Source: Candidatus Omnitrophota bacterium
GTDB taxonomy: Bacteria > Omnitrophota > Gorgyraeia > Gorgyraeales > Gorgyraeaceae
DNA length: 50,818 nt
Assembly: GCA_043821705.1 (NCBI GenBank)
Contig: JBDRCN010000031.1
Coordinates: 1-50,818 of the forward strand
Direction of reading: 5' to 3'
In this document: piece after piece, positions 47,518-50,818 of the stretch
Layout of the letters: every line of letters starts with the position of its first letter
Position numbering within the stretch: position 1 is the first letter of the stretch
Position numbers and translations under genes: made by a program
The notes under the pieces: generated by a model
Seen by the model: only the letters and a program-made list of their open reading frames with translations
Told to the model about the DNA's origin: nothing
The model's database searches: none

Positions 47518-47538
47518 ACCGGTGTAAGAGAGATCTAT

Positions 47539-48051
47539 ATGCAAGCAGGTGACATATTCTTATTCAGAGCTGAAAAAGCCTTTTTTTCCAAGGTAATTGC
47601 TTGGGGCACTAACAGTAAGTATTCTCATGTAGCTATCTGTATATCCCCTGAGATGAATCTAGCTATAGAAGCCATGACAAAGGGTGGGGTAAGGGCAAGA
47701 GACATCAGATCTATCACTGAAGCCTACGATATATATAGAATAAAAGACAAATCTTTACTATATCTTAATAAAACAGCCTCATTCCTAGTAAGTAAGCTTA
47801 ATAGTAACTATGATTACTTCGGAGTAGTCTTTCTAGGTACATTAAAGCTCCTCAGTAAGATATTAGGCAAAACCCTTAAGAATATAGCTAATAAATGGCA
47901 GAAGGATAGAGATTATTTCTGCAGTGAGCTTTGCTGTGAAGCTTTTTACAATGGAAGCCATATTGATATTGTGCCTCATATAGAGGAATGGGATATTGCT
48001 TCTCCTGGGGATATAGCTAAGAGTAGCGTGGTGGAGATGGTTGTAGCGTAA
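47539..48051 (+). CDS. Permuted papain-like (YiiX/YebB, NlpC/P60 C92) enzyme
   Basis: GDIFLFR, YSHVAI (His), YDY, YFCSEL (Cys), SPGDI. Confidence 0.88.
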   Translation: MQAGDIFLFRAEKAFFSKVIAWGTNSKYSHVAICISPEMNLAIEAMTKGGVRARDIRSITEAYDIYRIKDKSLLYLNKTASFLVSKLNSNYDYFGVVFLGTLKLLSKILGKTLKNIANKWQKDRDYFCSELCCEAFYNGSHIDIVPHIEEWDIASPGDIAKSSVVEMVVA

Positions 48052-48096
48052 TTTATTGTTGAAGTTATCTGTTCAGGGGTTTATTATAGGTTTGGG

Positions 48097-48220
48097 GCCG
48101 TATCAGAGATACGGCGGTTAAAAGATTTCAAGTCCTTGGCAAAGTAATGGATTTGTTAGGTGGAGAGTGGTAGAGTAGAGAGAGGTTGTTAAAAGCGTGG
48201 TTTGGAGATCTTTGGCAAAG
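48097..48220. repeat. Dispersed intergenic repeat, copy 4
   Basis: GCCGTATC-AGA-GATACGGC GGTTAAAAGATTT...CCTTGGCAAAG...GATTTGTTAGGTGGAGAG...GGTTGTTAAAAGCGTGGTTTGGAGATCTTTGGCAAAG. Confidence 0.8.
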
Positions 48221-48268
48221 ATAAAATCTTTTGGTGTATCGCAAATTTAAATAATCCTTAAATAACCA

Positions 48269-48314
48269 TTGACATAGGAAAAATATTGTGTTATTATTTT
48301 TACAAAAGTAACAC
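48269..48314 (+). promoter_or_regulatory. Sigma70 promoter overlapped by a NikR-type operator
   Basis: TTGACA(48269)-17 bp-TATTAT(48292); GTGTTAT-N13-GTAACAC at 48288-48314. Confidence 0.75.
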
Positions 48315-48329
48315 AATGAAAGGGTTTTT

Positions 48330-48440
48330 ATGTCAGAATTAGTCAGATTTGGTGTGTCTTTAGAAAAAGATCTTTTAAGAAATTTCGACAAGCACATCAA
48401 AGATAAAAAATATCAAAACCGCTCTGAGGCCAGGGGATAA
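48330..48440 (+). pseudogene. nikR: Truncated nikR (ribbon-helix-helix part only)
   Basis: MSELVRFGVSLEKDLLRNFDKHIKDKKYQNRSEARG*; breaks off within the NRSEAIRD motif. Confidence 0.85.
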
Positions 48441-48570
48441 AAGATAAAAGGGGACGTGCGAAAAAGGGACACTTTGGTAGGGGAGGGGTAAACCGGTACA
48501 AGAAAGACCTATGGAAAAAGGGTTATTGCCTAAAAAGGATGCCCTGGTAGGGTAGGGGAGAGGAAGAAAA

Positions 48571-48617
48571 GTTGCAAGCCACAAGACACAAGTCACATGT
48601 CATGTTGCAGGTCGCAT
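48571..48617 (+). repeat. Degenerate heptamer array (consensus about GTCRCAA)
   Basis: gttgcaa gccacaa gacacaa gtcacat gtcat gttgcag gtcgcat. Confidence 0.6.
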
Positions 48618-48706
48618 GGCATACACCACAAAATCAAAAAAATCCAAAATAATTTGAAAGAAAATGACCCCCTCCTGTGTCTTATATGGTAGAGGGGAGG
48701 TGTATT

Positions 48707-49225
48707 ATGCCAAAACAGATAGTAGAATCAGAATTTATTGATAATAAGATATTCTTCATAAGGGGGCAAAAGGTGATGCTGGATAGGGATCTGGCAATGC
48801 TTTATAGGGTAGAGACAAAAGTGTTGATCCAAGCAGTAAAGCGCAACATTGAACGCTTTCCAGAAGACTTTATGTTTCAGTTAACCTGGGAGGAGGTTAA
48901 TTCTTCAAGGTCACAAATTGTGACCTTGAAACATGGTCACAATATCAAATATTTACCTTATGCTTTTACTGAACAAGGTGTAGCTATGCTTTCAGGAGTT
49001 CTGCATAGTAAACGTGCCATTGAGGTAAATATTGCTATTATGCGGGCATTTGTAAGGATAAAGCAGGTCCTTTCTACACATAAAGAGCTTGCTGAAAAAC
49101 TAAGGGAATTAGAAAAAGAAGTCGGAAGAAATAGCAAGCTTATTATAGAAATATTTGAGATAATTAAGAAGCTTACACAGTCGCCTATGCCACCACCAAA
49201 GCGTCAGATAGGATTTCATAGTTAA
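48707..49225 (+). CDS. ORF6N domain DNA-binding protein, copy 1
   Basis: IRGQKVMLDRDLA.LY.VET, VKRN.ERFPEDFMFQLT, PYAFTEQGVAMLS, A.EVNIAIMRAFV, KRQIGF; RBS before ATG 48707. Confidence 0.92.
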   Translation: MPKQIVESEFIDNKIFFIRGQKVMLDRDLAMLYRVETKVLIQAVKRNIERFPEDFMFQLTWEEVNSSRSQIVTLKHGHNIKYLPYAFTEQGVAMLSGVLHSKRAIEVNIAIMRAFVRIKQVLSTHKELAEKLRELEKEVGRNSKLIIEIFEIIKKLTQSPMPPPKRQIGFHS

Positions 49226-49234
49226 TATAGGGTT

Positions 49235-49416
49235 TTTTGTTTTGTTGCCCTATCAGAGATAGGGCGGTTAAAAGATTTAAGGATTCGATGGAGCCGAGGC
49301 TTTAAGATCCCGGATCTTGCCGGAATATACTAGCATGTTTGAGATCCGGGATCTGGGTTGGTGAAGAGTTATAGCGCAGCATTCGCTATAAAAAGCGTAG
49401 TTTGGTGGTCTTTGGC
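49235..49416. repeat. Dispersed intergenic repeat, copy 5, containing an extra inverted repeat (49305-49354)
   Basis: TTTGTTGCCCTATC-AGA-GATAGGGC GGTTAAAAGATTT...GTTGGTGAAGAG...AAAAGCGTAGTTTGGTGGTCTTTGGC. Confidence 0.75.
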
Positions 49417-49521
49417 TTAGTTAATCTTATCGGTATCACAATCTCAAAGTAAAAAAATATAAAATAATTTGAAAGAAAATAGCCCCCTCCTGTGTCATAT
49501 ATAGTAGAAGGGGGGTGGATT

Positions 49522-50040
49522 ATGGCTAAAAAAGGTCTGATTCCATCAGAAACTATCGAGAATAGGATATTTTTGATAAGAGGTCAAAAGGTCATGCTAG
49601 ATAGGGATCTGGCAGAATTGTATGAAGTGTCTACAAAGCGTTTAAATGAGCAAGTCAGAAGAAACATCGATAGGTTTCCGGGCGACTTCATGTTTAGACT
49701 GACAAAGGCAGAAAAAGATGAGGTGGTCGCAATTTGCGACCACCTAAAGCCCCTTAAATTCTCACCACAATTACCTTATGCATTTACAGAGCATGGTATT
49801 TTAATGCTTTCATCAGTATTAAATAGTGACCGTGCTGTTCAGGTAAATATATTTATTATGAGGATTTTTGTTAAGATAAGGCATGTTCTGGCTAACAATA
49901 AGCAATTAGCCGATAAATTAAAAGAGCTTGAAATAAGACTTGATAAACATGACGAAGAGATAACAGTTATTCTTGATGCAATCAACAAGCTCATGAGAAA
50001 GCCAGAAAAACTTAAACGCCAGATAGGTTTTCATAATTAA
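49522..50040 (+). CDS. ORF6N domain DNA-binding protein, copy 2
   Basis: IRGQKVMLDRDLAELYEV, VRRN.DRFP.DFMF.LT, PYAFTEHG..MLSSVL, KRQIGF; start at ATG 49522. Confidence 0.92.
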   Translation: MAKKGLIPSETIENRIFLIRGQKVMLDRDLAELYEVSTKRLNEQVRRNIDRFPGDFMFRLTKAEKDEVVAICDHLKPLKFSPQLPYAFTEHGILMLSSVLNSDRAVQVNIFIMRIFVKIRHVLANNKQLADKLKELEIRLDKHDEEITVILDAINKLMRKPEKLKRQIGFHN

Positions 50041-50065
50041 ATAAAAATCTTAGTTTAGAAACTTA

Positions 50066-50084
50066 AGGTTCCAATTTGGAACCT
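50066..50084. repeat. Orphan palindrome of the ORF6N-internal type
   Basis: AGGTTCCAA-T-TTGGAACCT. Confidence 0.8.
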
Positions 50085-50089
50085 GCAGC

Positions 50090-50118
50090 TTGACAAACCA
50101 GCCTCCATAGTCTATAAT
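50090..50118 (+). promoter_or_regulatory. Consensus sigma70 promoter
   Basis: TTGACA-17 bp-TATAAT. Confidence 0.85.
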
Positions 50119-50180
50119 AGTTTTATAACCGAATATCAGTCCCGAGTTAAGAAGGGGTAAATCCCGGACTTAAATAAAGT

Positions 50181-50222
50181 AAAACCTTCACGAGTGTAAT
50201 CTTGTGAGGGTTTTTTGTTTTT
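50181..50222 (+). terminator. Leader terminator downstream of the 50090 promoter
   Basis: AAAACCTTCACGAG-TGTAAT-CTTGTGAGGGTTTT followed by TTGTTTTT. Confidence 0.8.
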
Positions 50223-50328
50223 AAGGGGCTCTCAAGTCGTACGTTTGGAAGGGGTCACTGCGACTATAAACAATTAAAACCTTCTTTTGTTAAACCAGCC
50301 TTGCCAAAGGCTAACAAAAGGGGGTAGT

Positions 50329-50818
50329 ATGGTGGTAATCAAGTTGATCAAAGTATTAGTTATAATTTCAATATTCCTTGCTGCATTTTTCCCGATTTAT
50401 ATTAATGTGTCTGTGTTTGCTCTAGAGCAAGTAGGTTTTCAGAAAACATCAGATAATACTTTCTTAAATTTTGAAGAAGTTATTTCAGAATATTCTGAAC
50501 GTAGAGAGATCTTTGAGATGATAGAAGACGGCGAGAAGCAGCTAGAACTTCACCCCTCTAGGACCTATCTATACGAAGGCCTTGCGCTATTATACGACAG
50601 AGTAGAAATGTACGACAATGTCTTGAGATGACATTAAATCAGCTTGAATGCTCCCAGGACAGTAGCCCTGTAAATCTCGGTATCATATATGCCAATATCG
50701 CCAGATGCTATCTCAGTCTAAATAAGCTTGATGAAGCTAAGACCGCGATCGATAGATCCTTGGAATATTCCCCTGAAAACCCCATAAACAGGACTCACCT
50801 GGTTGACTACTATATCCG
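50329..50818 (+). pseudogene. Exported TPR protein with a frameshift near 50620 (runs off the window)
   Basis: Signal/TM, then LYEGLALLYDRVEMYDN; the other frame continues LEMTLNQLEC...IIYANIARCYLSLNKLDEAKTAIDRSLEYSPENP with no stop to the window end. Confidence 0.7.

Noticed and set aside
43403-48051. Diversity-generating retroelement template/variable repeat pair (fragment versus 3' end of the YiiX-like gene)
   Set aside because: Mismatches are not adenine-specific (C/T and G/T changes plus indels) and there is no reverse transcriptase in the window.
48128-48596. Two minus-strand ORFs (48128-48400, 48375-48596)
   Set aside because: They overlap repeat copy 4, the nikR remnant and the heptamer array; the reading frame is not conserved among repeat copies.
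42020-49416. Dispersed repeats as integron attC sites or a CRISPR array
   Set aside because: RYYYAAC-like boxes exist on the minus strand but have no paired GTTRRRY box; copies are kilobases apart and degenerate; no intI or cas genes are present.
1-50818. tRNA, rRNA, intact IS or prophage
   Set aside because: None recognised. ORF6N genes occur in phages, but no structural, integrase or transposase genes are present.

Overview
AT-rich bacterial chromosomal window in which every credible gene lies on the + strand. The gene content (peptidoglycan-binding lipoprotein, OmpA-LysM, CxxC-x17-CxxC protein) suggests a diderm, possibly Omnitrophota/PVC; this assignment is inference only. From the left: a cold-shock/translation cluster (csp, an unannotated small zinc-finger ORF, typA, CxxC-x17-CxxC protein); an HD-GYP protein; an ArsR-led operon (KamA-type aminomutase, two ATP-grasp ligases, S66 peptidase); MarC and a TamB-like gene with a late nonsense codon; an OmpR-family two-component system followed by a receiver/GGDEF/envelope operon; two tandem-domain GH130 genes; a secreted-protein island; corA-MFS-GH15; an antiporter and B12 radical SAM; a second csp copy; an RlmD-like methyltransferase; and an RND/TolC pair. 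The last ~9 kb is a plastic zone with a dispersed ~130-bp repeat at gene junctions, gene remnants (YiiX-like 3' end, nikR 5' end with its operator) and two ORF6N genes. Most notable: each ORF6N gene carries a perfect internal palindrome with compensatory changes, read in different frames in the two genes. A third orphan copy and an array of half-site-like heptamers lie in the flanking non-coding DNA. Several promoters are followed by leader terminators. All family calls are from motif recognition by eye; no database searches were run.
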